Positions 1 through 12,900 are shown, counted from the first letter of the stretch. The stretch: DNA of 64,000 bases from Balanoglossus misakiensis (GCA_040954595.2 CM082594.2:2436247-2500246), one strand, 5' to 3'. The notes: a model not told the origin generated them from the sequence alone. Numbers and translations: made by a program.

Positions 1-514
1 CAAATCGGTACTGGAAAGACTGCCTTTCTCTTTTCCCTCCTCCTTTCGGTTCACCCATATATTCGCTTTGCTCCAACTTTGACAATATCAGCACATCAAA
101 CTGGTCTTTGGGGAACTCAGCCATGTTGATCCGATATTCCCACACGCGGTCAACATCTAAACTACTGAAGCACTCATTCGTACAGCCGCACCCCGCCTGC
201 ATTGTTGATCGCACAAATGCCTTATCCAAATCATCCCTAGGCCCTTGGTCATCTGGAACTTCATCGGATGATGGATATAGACGAGCTAGTGCAGCAACAT
301 CAGGCGTTTCTGTGTGTTCATCACCATCATCATCACCGGAATCGTCGTGCACCTCGGCGGTGTTGGTTGATGCAACGATATGCTCGTCAAAATTCTGAGA
401 GTTGGAGCGAGATCCCGGTGGGCTGAAGGTTTCTACGATGTTATTTTGATGTTCTTCAAGCAGAAATCGTATTTCAGGATCGATATCAACGGGTACTTCG
501 ACCGCAAAAGACAT
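1..514 (-). CDS. N-terminal part of a Sola2-like DNA transposase; ORF continues beyond the window start
   Basis: Manual translation from ATG at 514 is open to base 1: MSFAVEVPVD...acidic linker...QAGCGCTNECFSSLDVDRVWEYRINMAEFPKDQFDVLILSKL...KRERQSFQYRF. The CGC-x3-C...R...D-x-x-IL...RxR..YxF pattern resembles the Sola2 N-terminal region. It is absent from the ORF track because no stop lies in the window. Confidence 0.65.
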   Translation of the reverse strand, partial: MSFAVEVPVDIDPEIRFLLEEHQNNIVETFSPPGSRSNSQNFDEHIVASTNTAEVHDDSGDDDGDEHTETPDVAALARLYPSSDEVPDDQGPRDDLDKAFVRSTMQAGCGCTNECFSSLDVDRVWEYRINMAEFPKDQFDVLILSKLEQSEYMGEPKGGGKRERQSFQYRF

Positions 515-857
515 AATTATTAGATTCAGACGAACGTACGTGCTGTTTACTATTTGGCGCGAGTTGATCACGTGTCGCATAGTGGCGGGAACCACCGTCA
601 AAACGGTATTTTAGAAAACCGGAAAAAAACCACGATAAACAATCCAGAAATCGAAAAAAATGCTATTCAAATGATAATAGAAATTTGCAGAGAATATCAT
701 ATAAATACAGAAAAAAATGTTCTTTTTGTAGAGGTCACATAATTGAAATATCAGTGACCCCAGTGCAGTGCAGTAAATATTGATACATTGTATCCACATG
801 CAGTTTATTCGAAACGACGCGCGCTCCCATAAGACCCCTTTCTGCTTGGGACGGCCC
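1..857 (-). mobile_element. 5' end of a Sola2-like DNA transposon inside a DNAJA intron
   Basis: Candidate terminus GGGCCGTCCCAAGCAG (minus strand, starting at 857) fits the 5'-GRG Sola2 terminus. It is flanked by AATT, a possible 4-bp TSD. The other end is outside the window. Confidence 0.5.
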
Positions 858-1514
858 AATTATTATACCTTGATTCACATACGCATGTACTCTATAGGGA
901 TAAAAAGCCCGTCACATTTGCGCAATAACTTGCTGTATCGTGTGTCAACACACTTTGTCTATATATGGCCATTAGCGTTCAATTCTATTTTGTTTTTGAA
1001 CCATGCATGTATTACATGCCAATTCATTCCGTGTTCAGATAATTACTGCCTTCGTGATCTTGCTGCCATCATTCAGGTCTGCTTGATCAATTTATATTCA
1101 ACTCTGCTGCAGGGATGTCGAGATGATTCAGCCAACAAGAATCATGAGTTCAGCACATTTACTTTGTAGATATATGCTGGTCAAATCAGCCTCTTACCCC
1201 CCACCCCCACCCCGTCTAGTCGAACACCTTCCCAGGCTTGTCATTGCATTAGTCAAAGTGGAGAGAAAAAAAAGTGATTTGTTTCAAAGTTTCACTACAA
1301 TGCATATCACATGACCACTCTGTGAACTGACTGTGTACTGTACATGATCAGATTCCTAATATATATTTTCACTTTCAGGACAAAATACTATTTAGCATTG
1401 CCGGCTGTGATAATTGATAGCAAAAAGTTTGTTTCTTATTCTTAAAGGCCTTATTAATGCATTTGTTAATGCATTTATATTAATTTGTTTAAATGTTTTT
1501 TTTGTATTATGCAG

Positions 1515-1745
1515 GTATGAGAGATGGACAGAAAGTGACATTTACCGGAGAAGGTGACCAAGAACCAGGACTGGAACCAGGTGATATTGTCATTGTCTTG
1601 GATGAGAAGGAACATTCTGTATTCCAACGCAGTGGTGATGATCTGATCATGAAGCTTGAAGTAGAGCTTGTGGAAGCTTTGTGTGGATTCCAGAGACACA
1701 TTAAAACTTTAGATTCAAGGCACTTGTTAATTACATCACACCCAG
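1515..1745 (+). CDS. DNAJA1: DnaJ homolog subfamily A (Hsp40), penultimate coding exon
   Basis: cag|GT ATG AGA GAT...CAC CCA G|gtaag. Encodes [34 protein letters not shown]...LVEALCGF, the DNAJA1/2/4 C-terminal domain. Paralogue identity is uncertain. Confidence 0.9.
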
Positions 1746-1847
1746 GTAAGTGCACATTTTTCCCCCCCAGAGATTTCTTAGCCTTTACTGCTTAGAACTT
1801 GGTCATCACAGTGCGCACCTGCCACCCTTACCTGTGACGTTAATATC

Positions 1848-2030
1848 ATAGAAATAATGGACGACACCCTGACCATTAACGTTTGTTTATGGGAAAGGGC
1901 GAGAGGAAAGCCAATAATTCATGGGCGAGGCTTCCGAGCCCATGAATTTTGAATTTTGGCTTTCCTTGAGCCCGAGCCCATAAACAAAGTAATGTTAATG
2001 GTCAGGGCGGAGTCGGTTATTTCCATTATT
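1848..2030. repeat. about 180-bp imperfect palindrome (probable end of a non-autonomous element) in a DNAJA intron
   Basis: ccctgaccattaac..tttgtttatggg..gaaagccaa..aattcatgggc pairs with gcccatgaatt..ttggctttc..cccataaacaaa..gttaatggtcaggg. Confidence 0.7.
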
Positions 2031-2713
2031 TACCAACGAAGTCAAGAAAACCGTCAAAATTTACGAAAATGTCCCACAAGGGGCCCCGGAACTTGTGTTA
2101 CGCAAAATGTTGTATTCACTGATCTGTTTGTTAATATTACTATTCAGATTTACGGGCATGTAAACAAACCATTACTGAGTATATGTGGTCAGAGATGTCG
2201 TTACATGTATTCTCGACCAATAAAAATGCGACGCACAGGCCATGGTAATATTATGTGCGATACTGTTCAGTTTGAATGTGAGGTTCTCATTATGGCTAAC
2301 ACATTTGAATGTATTTGTTCCTGTAAACAGTATTTCATTGTTAAAAGTAGGTGTGCAGTGTGCACAATGTTGTTGACAGGTCTGTCCTTGAAGTTGTGAA
2401 TACATTTGATCATTTTTTTTTTTCATAAGTAATTTATTGGTAAACACCAAATCGCAAATTAGCTCTCCTGGTGATTATAATTGGTAATAAAATGTTCACT
2501 GTAATTTTTAGCACAATACATGATCATGAATGTTGTGCGCTGCAATGGAAAAGATGGTAAATAAAGACCTGGTTAATCCTTTTACCACTATGGTCCAGTC
2601 CAAATCCATTGTTTTCTGCGGGAAGGTTGGACCTCTAAAGAGGGAACTGGGGGTGAAATGGTTAAGGTTGGTCTACAGTCTAAGAGATTGTGATATTGTG
2701 CTTTTTTTCATAG

Positions 2714-3033
2714 GAGACATAGTCAAGTATGGTGACATCCGATGTGTGCTGAATGAAGGGATGCCGATCTACAGAGCACCTTTCGACAAAGGTCGTCTTA
2801 TCATCCAGTTCACCATCAACTTCCCGGAAGACAATTTCCTGCCAACGGATAAGTTGCAGCAACTGGAGAAGCTTCTGCCGGAACGCAAAGAAACCATCAT
2901 CACGGACGACTGTGAAATATGTGACCTTGTCAAGCTGGATCCGCGCCAAGCTAACCAAAACCACCGAGGTAATGTTTATGATGAAGATGAGGGTGAAGGT
3001 CACGGTCCCAGGGTACAATGTGCATCACACTGA
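2714..3033 (+). CDS. DNAJA1: DNAJA last coding exon with C-terminal CaaX motif (CASH)
   Basis: tag|GA GAC ATA is phase-compatible with the previous exon. Encodes [24 protein letters not shown]...[14 protein letters not shown]. Confidence 0.9.
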
Positions 3034-3347
3034 AACGCCAACTGATTTCTGATTTTAGCGTCCATTCTCATCAAGCAAAAAAAGCGTGACCACAAAAGGT
3101 TACCCTCACAGATATCTACATGTATGTACCCTTTGTTCTTTTTTCACGAGATTATAAGTACATGTATTGAATGTAACACGTTCACCATCAAACTTATTGG
3201 ACCTATCCCATTGTACACCATGTTCTCTTGGGAATTTTGAAGCAGAGTGATGTGTAACTTTCATAATTATTTGCTTTTTATATACATATAATTCTGAACT
3301 AAATTAACAGGAAAGAAATATAAGAACATTTCATTCATAAAATACTA

Positions 3348-5457
3348 CAGTAAAACCTGTCAAAACCGGACTCTGGGGGGACTGAGAAATCTGTCCGGTT
3401 TGAACAGTGGTCCGGTTTGGAGGGGTGGGCGTGGTCAAAAGTTTTCCGATCCAGCCGTGTTTCACACATCGACCGTATACATACATACGCACGTACGACC
3501 ACGGGCGTCATGGAACAATAAAGTGTATGGATAATTTAGCATAGGTCTAAACGAATACACAATAAATATTTTTCCTTTTTTTTATGTGAACGAGAACTAC
3601 ACTCACGAACGGCCTAGCTACAGCTGGACTCGCAAAATATGCGAGCGAACGCACTAGCGCCGCCGAACGCGCCGAACGCGGAAGTGATGGAGCAATCTAC
3701 AACCGCACGCGCCCGGCCCAGCGCGCGCGGCAGACGATCGTACGACTCCGTTGCTAGCCAGGACAGACGCGCTCGTATACATCGCTCTGATTGAATGTGC
3801 CTTCATAGCTTTGACCGTCCGAAAAAAATGACACGGGGAAACGTTATGTTTGATCAGCCGACAACAGAGCTCATTACTGCGGTGACACTCCACTTGTCAA
3901 AAATATGCGACAAACGAGTCGAACAATATAATGCGTTCACGCCTTGCTTGAGTGACAGCTCCACGCGGTTGATTGCTTGTTAAATTGGTCAAAACAAAAC
4001 TCAAAGACAAAAGACAGTAATCATCATATCTTTAATTAACCCTCTTGCTACCGGGGGTCATAACCCGTTGGGCTGCCGAGTCGTTACGAGACCGCCTCCT
4101 TTTCGGTGTATGTAGAATCCGGCATTCTACACCCGCTGGATTACCAGGGTTTTTGCTTGAAAATCGGGTTTTTGGAGGGTCATTTTAGCTGCTTTTGAAC
4201 GTGCTAGACTTCAAGTTTGGCACAGTCCCGTGTCGGCGGGACCTCAAACAACAATTAACCGGGTAAAAGTTGTGGGTCATCGGGTTCGTTCCCCTGGGAG
4301 GGGAGCGTCTGTCAACGTCGTTTCGAGGCTTACTTTTACGAAAATAAAGTTAGTGCGTTAGCACACGCCATATCACGTCACAACGACGACACCATTAGTT
4401 GTCAGTAGGGGACCCAGGGTGTACCGCCAGGGGTGTTCGGGCACCCCTTCCCCTGCCACTTTCCCGTAGGGTACGAGTTAGTTCGACACGTAATGCGAAC
4501 GACTAGACACTGGCGCACAGTGTTCCGCTCTACAGCCGCCCGACAACGACTCATTTCTTCAGACCAGACACACACGGACGTTGTGATAACGACTCATTTC
4601 TTCAGACCAGACACAACACGGACGTTGTGATAACGACACGTCCATGCTTACGCACGGCAAACTGACGTTCAGTACGGTGTTAATACGCTATAATTTTTTT
4701 ACGGCACAGGGTTGTACCGACACAGTCATAGGTATCCCGCAAGCTCTGCGGGCCCCATTTCACCATTTCGTCATGTTTCCCGAGTCGATCCCAAAACGCA
4801 CTTTCCCAAACAGTGCTACCCACGAGTGCGTCCGACACCGCTGGCCATCGAAAAGGTCGATACCCTATGTCGTTGTGGAACCGTCTGTTATAGTAAACAA
4901 TGCATCGATGCCAAGTACGTTTTTGTCGGACGCAAAAAAAACGGTCTCCCCAGGGTCGGGAATGACCGGCGGAATGTGTCTCTTAGGATAGTGTGCTCTT
5001 TGTAGTTCAAGGCAAATAACCCTGTCGAGACTTCCTGTTCTAACAGATATTGCCCTCAAAACGGTAGTTCAAAGTCAACACGTTATAGCGAAGCGCACGC
5101 AAACGCCTAGAGACTCCAGCGGGTCGGTAAATCATATCGATCCATACCGATTAGGTCATTCATCACTCGCCAACGTTCGACTTCTACCCACACCGGAAAT
5201 CGGGCGGTCTGCTACGGACTCGACAGCGTTAGGGTTAATGTAGCAAAAACAAAGAAACTTGAAAAGATGCCGTCTTCAAACAGTCGTTCCGTCCGGTTTT
5301 CGCTCGAAATCCCGTCCGGTTTCCACAGTAGACAGTGGCCGGTCTGCAGAGGTTTTTTAACACAGGGCGTCTATGGGAGTGGGCAGGGACTGAAAAAATC
5401 GTTCGGTATGGACAGTGGTCCGGTTTTACCAGGGTCCGGTTTTGACAGGTTTTACTG
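3348..5457. mobile_element. non-autonomous Tc1/mariner (pogo/Tigger-like) element
   Basis: TIR CAGTAAAACCTGTCAAAACCGGAC / GTCCGGTTTTGACAGGTTTTACTG with TA on both sides (3346-47, 5458-59). No transposase ORF. Confidence 0.85.
4040..5234. mobile_element. piggyBac-like non-autonomous element nested in the TA-TSD element
   Basis: TTAA|CCCTcttgctaccg ... cgacagcgttAGGG|TTAA. The interior is GC-richer and has an internal tandem duplication (acgactcatttcttcagaccagacac x2, about 4547-4635). Confidence 0.6.
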
Positions 5458-5611
5458 TACATAACTTATCTTCTTGTTGATTTATTAGTGAAGGAATATT
5501 ACACAGATTTTAATTTGTAACATGATTCAAGTTTATCCACATTGTAGTGTATTTTAACAATTGAATAAGTATGTTCTACCCTCTGTTCAAAAAAGACAAA
5601 GTCTTGATTAA

Positions 5612-6230
5612 AGGGGAAATCCGCTGTAGCTGATTTCTACATAATTTGGTAGCTTTGATGTCTCTCTTTCAGAAAGAAACATATTCGCCATGTATAGGTC
5701 GCGCGATTTTTTACAAAATCTAGGGAAAGTTGGCAGAATTTCCAATATGGCGTTTACTGTAATTTGAATCATGGGAAAAAAAGCGCCAGGAGCAACTTCC
5801 GCCCACCTTGGTGTGGGTGATACCATTTTCCGATTGGTGTCACTGTGTCACAAGCTAAGCGTATTTGCATATTTTTCATGGGTTATAGCTCATGAAAACT
5901 GTCAATAGATGACAAATTTTCGACTTTGCTGATGATTGTTTATCAACTGATGCAAAGAACAAACAATAGATATGAAAATACGCCTAGTCTGTCGCCCAGT
6001 GACACCAATCGGAGAATGGTATCACCCACACCATGGTGGGCGGAAGTTGCTCCTGGCGCTTTTTTTCCCATGATTCAAATTACAGTAAACGCCATATTGG
6101 AAATTCTGCCAACTTTCCCTAGATTTTGTAAAAAATCGCGCGACCTATACATGGCGAATATGTTTTTTTCTGAAAGAGAGACATCAAAGCTACCAAATTA
6201 TGTAGAAATCAGCTACAGCGGATTTCCCCT
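5612..6230. mobile_element. MITE with about 230-bp TIRs and TTAA TSD (Kolobok-like)
   Basis: TTAA|AGGGGAAATCCGCTGTAGC ... GCTACAGCGGATTTCCCCT|TTAA. The near-perfect arms explain the mirror ORFs 5608-5826(-) and 5926-6234(+). Confidence 0.85.
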
Positions 6231-6241
6231 TTAAAATTGGA

Positions 6242-6247
6242 AATAAA
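6242..6247 (+). promoter_or_regulatory. candidate DNAJA polyadenylation signal
   Basis: AATAAA directly after the MITE, followed about 40 nt later by T/GT-rich sequence. Confidence 0.3.
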
Positions 6248-9200
6248 ACAAACTTGAAAGACTACCCATCTTCCAATCTTGATTATTTATGTACTGTGTT
6301 GACTTAAAGCATGTAAAGGGACAAAGTCTCTCTCTTGCTGCCCTTTTTCCATTAATTATGTTTGATACAAGACACTGTTTATGTTATTCTGCATGTGGAT
6401 ATAGAGTGACTCAAAATTCGACCACACACAACTTCCAGCCCACTTGCAGACACGAGAGAGAAAAACTAGCCAAAATGAATAATCGGTGTTTACCATTTAT
6501 TCATTTTGGTGAGATTTTTACTCATGTATCCTACAATGTGACGTCACCTATTTTATGCTAAGAAGGGGTGTACCATTATTTACGGGGACGACTGGACTAA
6601 AGTATTATTAAATACACAGGGACACAGCACACAAATGATTGCACAGTTCTCTATCAAACCCTCATCCTAAAGTATACAACCCGTATTGTACTGCCAGAAG
6701 CGCTCGGATACTTTAACTAATACAAATGCTGAATATTGGGAAGGGGTCTCCAAATGTAAATTTATGAAAATTGTATTAAACTTTTTAATGGAAATTTCTT
6801 TCTTTGTTCCTTTACAGTAATTACAATCGGGGGTTTACCTTTTTTCTTAAAATACCAGAGAAAATTAAATTCGGTGGTGAAATGCCATGAAAAGCTTTAT
6901 ATGATTGCAGCATCAAATGTTCACGATCATTCACGTCTTATTTGAATAATACAATCGGACTGTTAATATTTTAAATATGGATAGTAAAACACAAATTATT
7001 AAATCCGCAATAATCATCATTTACCCTGGATTTTGTAAAGGTTATTAATTCTCTCATAAGGTTCTACCGACCGGGAACACAAAGGTTCAAATCTGGTTGT
7101 GAATAAGTATACTAATACGTATGTTAGGCCTAAAGGTGAAGCTTCTGGCGTGCCACAGTAGTGAAAGCACTTCAGGTCCTCTTAATGTCTGTGGAGCAAG
7201 ACGATATCCCTGGTCTACCCAGAGAGTCCACTACTCACATAATGTTTATAACTACATGTTTGAAAGTGCTTAGTCAAAGAAAAATATAATTAATATTCGG
7301 AGAAAATGAATAAAAAGACAATACAAGTAATCATGTACAAGAGGTAAGGCATGATCCAATAGCGAATTTTTATTAATATCTGCCAAAATTTAAAAAGAAC
7401 ACAGAAAAATACACTCACAACCCAATCATGTTTCACTCGGTTAATGACCTACAATGCACCCTTAAAACACACGAAATATAACAAGTATGATAACAGTAAA
7501 CGAGTCTCTAAAATCTATAATTGAAATCAACAGGTTATTCTCCTAGAATAATTTCACAACCAAGACAGTGTTCATCAGTTAGTCCCGACAGATCGGCAAC
7601 AAAGCAAATGCTGTCCATCGATGATACGACGAGTACCTTATGGCCGCCAATGCAGAGACATGCAGTTTGGTAGTGTGTACACGAATAATGATTGGATTCA
7701 TGTAAAATAACTTAAAAGATGATTGCTTCACTCCTGAAATACACATGTGCTGTATGCTACTGGAAATATGTCAGTAGTAATGTACGTACTGCATGTAGTA
7801 CTGAAGTATTTCTTGAGAATAATAACTTTCACGTTTAAGTTTAAAGGGCGGGTGTCGTCACATCTGCGGCTGTGGGTATGGGTTCCATACGAAACAGTAG
7901 CTATCAAGTCAAAGTGAATGCAAAGTGCATGTTATTGCTACAATGTACATCATCGCAAACAATGTGGTTGCTACATTGTATAGTACAGTAAACATCATGG
8001 CAAACAATGCAACGTACAGTTTTAGTACAATTCAAATTTACTTTGATATAGCATGTATTGGTTGAGAGAACCTCCCTGAACAGTGGGAACAATGTCGATG
8101 ATGTGTTTAAAAACAGAAAAGTACTTGTGCAGGTGCATTGAGAGGACACTTCCCTGTACAATAATGGGTACTATGCGATTGAAAACATGAATATTAACGC
8201 AATAATGGCTATACAGCTAACATAAAACACTTTGGGGTTAACACGCATTGGATATTATATAACCTACTAAAATTGTAACTACACAAACTTTGCACTAAAA
8301 CTAAAATTAATAGTTGATGTACTAATAAAACAAGGGTTCACTATTTTTCCTGTAATACACAGTGGTTACTGAAATACTGAATAATAGCTATAACATTGAA
8401 ATCAGAAAATGGGTTATATGCTTCTGAAATATACAATGATTCTCATACAAAATAAACACATTCTTGCCATTCTTTTAAAACTACTAAATGTTAACCACGC
8501 TGGTGAAATAATTACAAGGCCAGGTCAATGAGAAAACATTGACAATTTCTACAGAACCATCTCCAACCACTGCTAAGTGGTATATCAGGTGTCCGAAATG
8601 GGTAAGCGTACTCTACTAGCATGTTACACCCGTCAAGACTGACCCCAAGTGACAAATTCAAGTGAAATTTGGCTGAACTACCAAATTACTGTTGCAAGTC
8701 AAACGTATGAATCTATATCAATGAACACAAAAGCTTGATTTTTACATTTAATTTTTTTTAATAACGTCAAGAAATGGTGGATACATTTAAGAATATGTAT
8801 CACTGGTTTGTTTTCATTTTGTGATTGCTTCCCATTTTGACTGAGAGAGTGGTACATGTCGGATGCCACATGTGGGGCAGTGTCTGCTAACTATTTTCGT
8901 AACACCTGACATTACTTCTTGGTTATTTGATTAGAGGTCAAAATGTGTTTATTTTAAGCATTTCACTTTGTTCTATGTGCATTGTTAATGTTGGTTGCCT
9001 GTACTTTGCAATTAAACGCACGTAAAACGCATGTATCCGTTGTCAAAACAACATTTCAAAATTGTACGTAGACATCAAGAAAACATTACATATAGCTATT
9101 CTTTTCCATTAAAAATGAGAATAAACTCCATACAACAGTTTACACGTGAGTAAACATCGACAAGTCCAATGCACGTCTAATAAAATCCTGTATTAAGTTT

Positions 9201-9760
9201 AACTACGTGTAATCTATGGCACTGAATATCGGTTTTCGATACAGTGCAATATGCATCATGCGGCACTCCTTTATAAATTTGAGAAGTTACAGAAGTTGCA
9301 AAAAACGAATGGCTTTTATCATGTAAAAGGATCTTGAATAAAGGATCGAGCAAATGAACTATGTAGTATATAAAACACTGCATTAAACTGAACACTCGTC
9401 AATGTACCTCTTGCAGTTTATATGTTTAAATTCAGCTTAGTAAATCACAAAAATCTGAAGGTACACGGCAAATTGGTTTTCAAGCGAATGTCCAGTACTG
9501 TTGAAAATTGAAAGCATACATGGAATGTCAGTAAGACCCGAGGAAGGCAGGACTTCTGATGTAGAGATCTGCTGAGCAGTCAACGTCTGTTAAATCTCGA
9601 CAGTCGGCACTCACATTACTGTAGCACTGTTGTTGACGAAGGGACTATAATTCAGATGACCTTACGCACAATTCTGTCCACCATTTCCCATATTTCCCTG
9701 TGTACAATCACATATTCACGGCGAGACCAGAAAATCATCTGTCAGTATGGGTTTTCACAT

Positions 9761-9914
9761 CTGGAAGAAAACAAGGGTTGAAAATCGACTGAAGTTAGTA
9801 ACACATCACAGAATTACTTGAAACATAAACGTAGAAAACCAAATCGAAGCATGAGATAGTGCTATAAAGTGTAGTCCCTGAAAAGGAACGGTGTGGCCAT
9901 GAAGCATTACATAC
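9761..9914 (-). other. putative 154-nt intron in the sacsin 3' UTR
   Basis: Minus strand: TTG|GTATGT donor 17 nt after the stop codon, and CCCTTGTTTTCTTCCAG| acceptor. Confidence 0.5.
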
Positions 9915-9931
9915 CAAGTAACAAACTGCCA

Positions 9932-12900
9932 TTAGGACATGTGTTCTTGTACGATTTCTGCTACTGCAATCAGAATGTTCCTTGCATGTCCCACTGCTCT
10001 TGTAGCTTTCTCTTCTGTATAGACATCATTTGGTATTTGTTGACCAGAGAACATATCTGGGTATCTTGGGTGGAGGTGATTACATTTCAAGTCAAGGAGT
10101 GCGCAGGTATCTGCCATTATATCTGTAATTGGAGAATTTTCAGACAATGATGAGGCAAGAGACACCATGTTGTGGCTCCTCGATTGATGCGAGATATTTC
10201 CTCCCACAGCAAAAAGGCCACCCTTCAGAGCTTTCTCAACCGCTTGCTGGCATTTGAAACATATCCACTCATAAGATTCGCTGTCAGAATTTGCTAAGTC
10301 AACATCTGCTGCTTTCAGGTCTGCCCGTGCCTGACGGAACCAACGCTTTCCTTCTGGCATGTCAGGGCGCCTTGGAGTCTGTGATGGACCATCACGGCTT
10401 GTGTATGACCCCGTACCATCACCTTCATTTCTTCTGTATCTGTAAGTTCGAGCTTCGCTGTCCCATCTGTCATAGAAAGAAGAGAACCGTCTACGAGAGG
10501 AGGATGCCCAGTTTGATCCTCCACTGCCTGTTCTTGCCCGTTTCCTTCTCAAGTGACCACCTTCCAGCCTCTCCAATTCACTCTTTATGTGTTTGAACAC
10601 CTCCGTAGCAAACTCCGGATTTCCTTGATTTTTGTCTGGATGCCATTGCAGATACAACCTCTTTATGGCCCTTCTTTGTTGATCTTCTGTTATGAAGGGG
10701 TCTGACGAAAGCTTTTCAAGGAGGTCGGTCACCTGTTCAAAGACATCACTTAATGATTTTGACTCTTCCCTCTCTTCAGGAGATGATGAACCTCTCTTTA
10801 TCTTGTAGAGGTCCACGGTTGCAACAACAAGGAGCTCATCCTTCCCAATATCTACTTCATAGATTCGCTTAATGTTGTAGCGTGGAACCGCCTGTCCAGG
10901 AGTTTTCACCTCCCTAATTATCTTCCCATAAATGAATGTCGGTTCCTCACTGTCTGCATCTAGAGCATAACCAACGAATTCATCTCTTCTGAAGTAATAG
11001 TTGGGATGCAGGCATAAGAGGTGAACTTTCTCTTGGGGTACAACAGATCCTAATGGAGGTAACTGATCATAGCTCGTCAATGCTGACAAAGATCCACAAC
11101 CCTCTTCTTCAAGGAATTCGTTGATACTCTCCGCCGTTTTTAACTCCAAAAGTCTATTTACATATAGTTGTATCGAGTCAGCCATACCTTGGAGGACACC
11201 ACACACGGATCTGGTAACTGTTATCAACACCTTCCGGTTCTCTTCTACGTCTGAATGATGGAGATACAGCAAATGGTTATCCTCCTGAAAATATGCCAGT
11301 AAAGGTTTCTCACTACCAGATATGCTTTCCTGATTAGCTGCTGTGACGAGGTGAAATTGCAATGATTTCACACATTTGACCTTGATGTTCTTCAGTTGTT
11401 GAAGACGTTCTGATAATCCATCACCATGACTCTCTTTCGAATGTCTTGATACGAGTCGAACGATTGCCTCGCCAAAATAATCCGATGATAGAAGGGTGGT
11501 AAAATCCTCCTCGTGAGGACAGAAGGGAGACTCTTCACATGGTTGTGTTGGCAATATTTCCTCCTGTATCAAACTGCTAAGGTACCTCGGTCTCAACTCT
11601 CCAGGCAGTCTATCGATCAAACTCTTCGGATCTGAACGTAGTGAATATAATGATAAATCCACCAAGTACTGACACTTCAGCCCTCTATGTTTCCCAATCC
11701 TGTAGTACATATCATTGAACACCAACTCGGAGGATGGGTGTAGTTGTTTAGATTCACTCAGGAGATACAGGTTTTGAGGAGGTGAAACAAAACCTGGACG
11801 TCCACCCGGTTGTCCTGTAACCACCTTTTCATTGTCATGAAGACAACTGAAAAGACCTTTCATAGCATTTCCTCCTTTAGTTAGATCATTTTCATTGAGT
11901 TCACTCATTCTATTCAATTTGTACATTCCTTCCAAGGCAATGGCAAACTGTGTTGCTGTTGGAGACTCCTGAGACCCAAGTAGTTGAAACAATGATGCAA
12001 AGGGACCAAGCTTCAATGGTATGCTGAACAAATACGGTTCCAATGCATCTGTCTGTTGCTTGAGAAACACCTGGGAAGTCTTGACCATCCTCCCCTTCTC
12101 TTCAACAAAGACAAATGGAATGTCATGTAGAACCTCATGGATTTTCTTGCAACCACTGCAAATGTTATCAGAATTCTGCACAGGGCACATATCCTCACCA
12201 CTCTCGTCTTCTTCACAGCACTTCATTAAGTGACTGTAAATCTCATCCATGACCTTACTGAGGTTTCTTGATGCAGACTCCTCTATTTCCCCTGCACTTT
12301 GTGTTACAACAGCTTCTACAAGATATTGACTGTGTTGTAATATCATGTCGAGTGATGGTGTATACCTGACACCCAGCATGTTTACTAGAGTACTGCTTTT
12401 ATTCGCGTGATTTGGATCGGCCCACTCTGGTAAAAGGGGAAATGCTGTCCAAACCAGTTTATCTTTCTCGACAGGAACGGAGTCTTTGAAGCATGTGAGA
12501 TGCAGTTCTTCCTCGGATTTCATTGGAGCAAGAGATAAAAGCTGTGCATCTGGTTTCTGTACTGGTACAAACTTTACCACTGACACCTCTTCAAGAAACG
12601 TCGCTCTCTGAAGATGTGAATGTTCAAACAAATAGTCAATCAACAACTTTGCTTGGTGTACAGATTTCTTGATATCTTCATGGCCATGATCTTGAATTTG
12701 CCGTGAAAATTCGACAAACAATCTCTCATCAACCTTCTTCTGCAAACCACATTGCCCAAGGAAGTATAGCCATTCCTTGTCATCATATGGAGCTGTTGGG
12801 AACTTATTTGTTGGCAGCATTTCTCTGAATATCTCGTTTTCTGGATCAAAACATTGATTTGCCCGAAGCAGCGGTCCAGTTCCATTTGGGTTTGGTATAA

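Noticed and set aside
108-398. 96-aa Ser-rich plus-strand ORF
   Set aside because: Antisense shadow of the minus-strand transposase-like ORF.
2530-2713. N-terminal extension of the 167-aa DNAJA ORF (and 1493-1514, 1746-1795 of the earlier ORF)
   Set aside because: Intronic read-through. Canonical splice sites bound the conserved parts.
5608-6234. Pair of near-identical ORFs on opposite strands
   Set aside because: Produced by the MITE's inverted arms. No recognisable protein.
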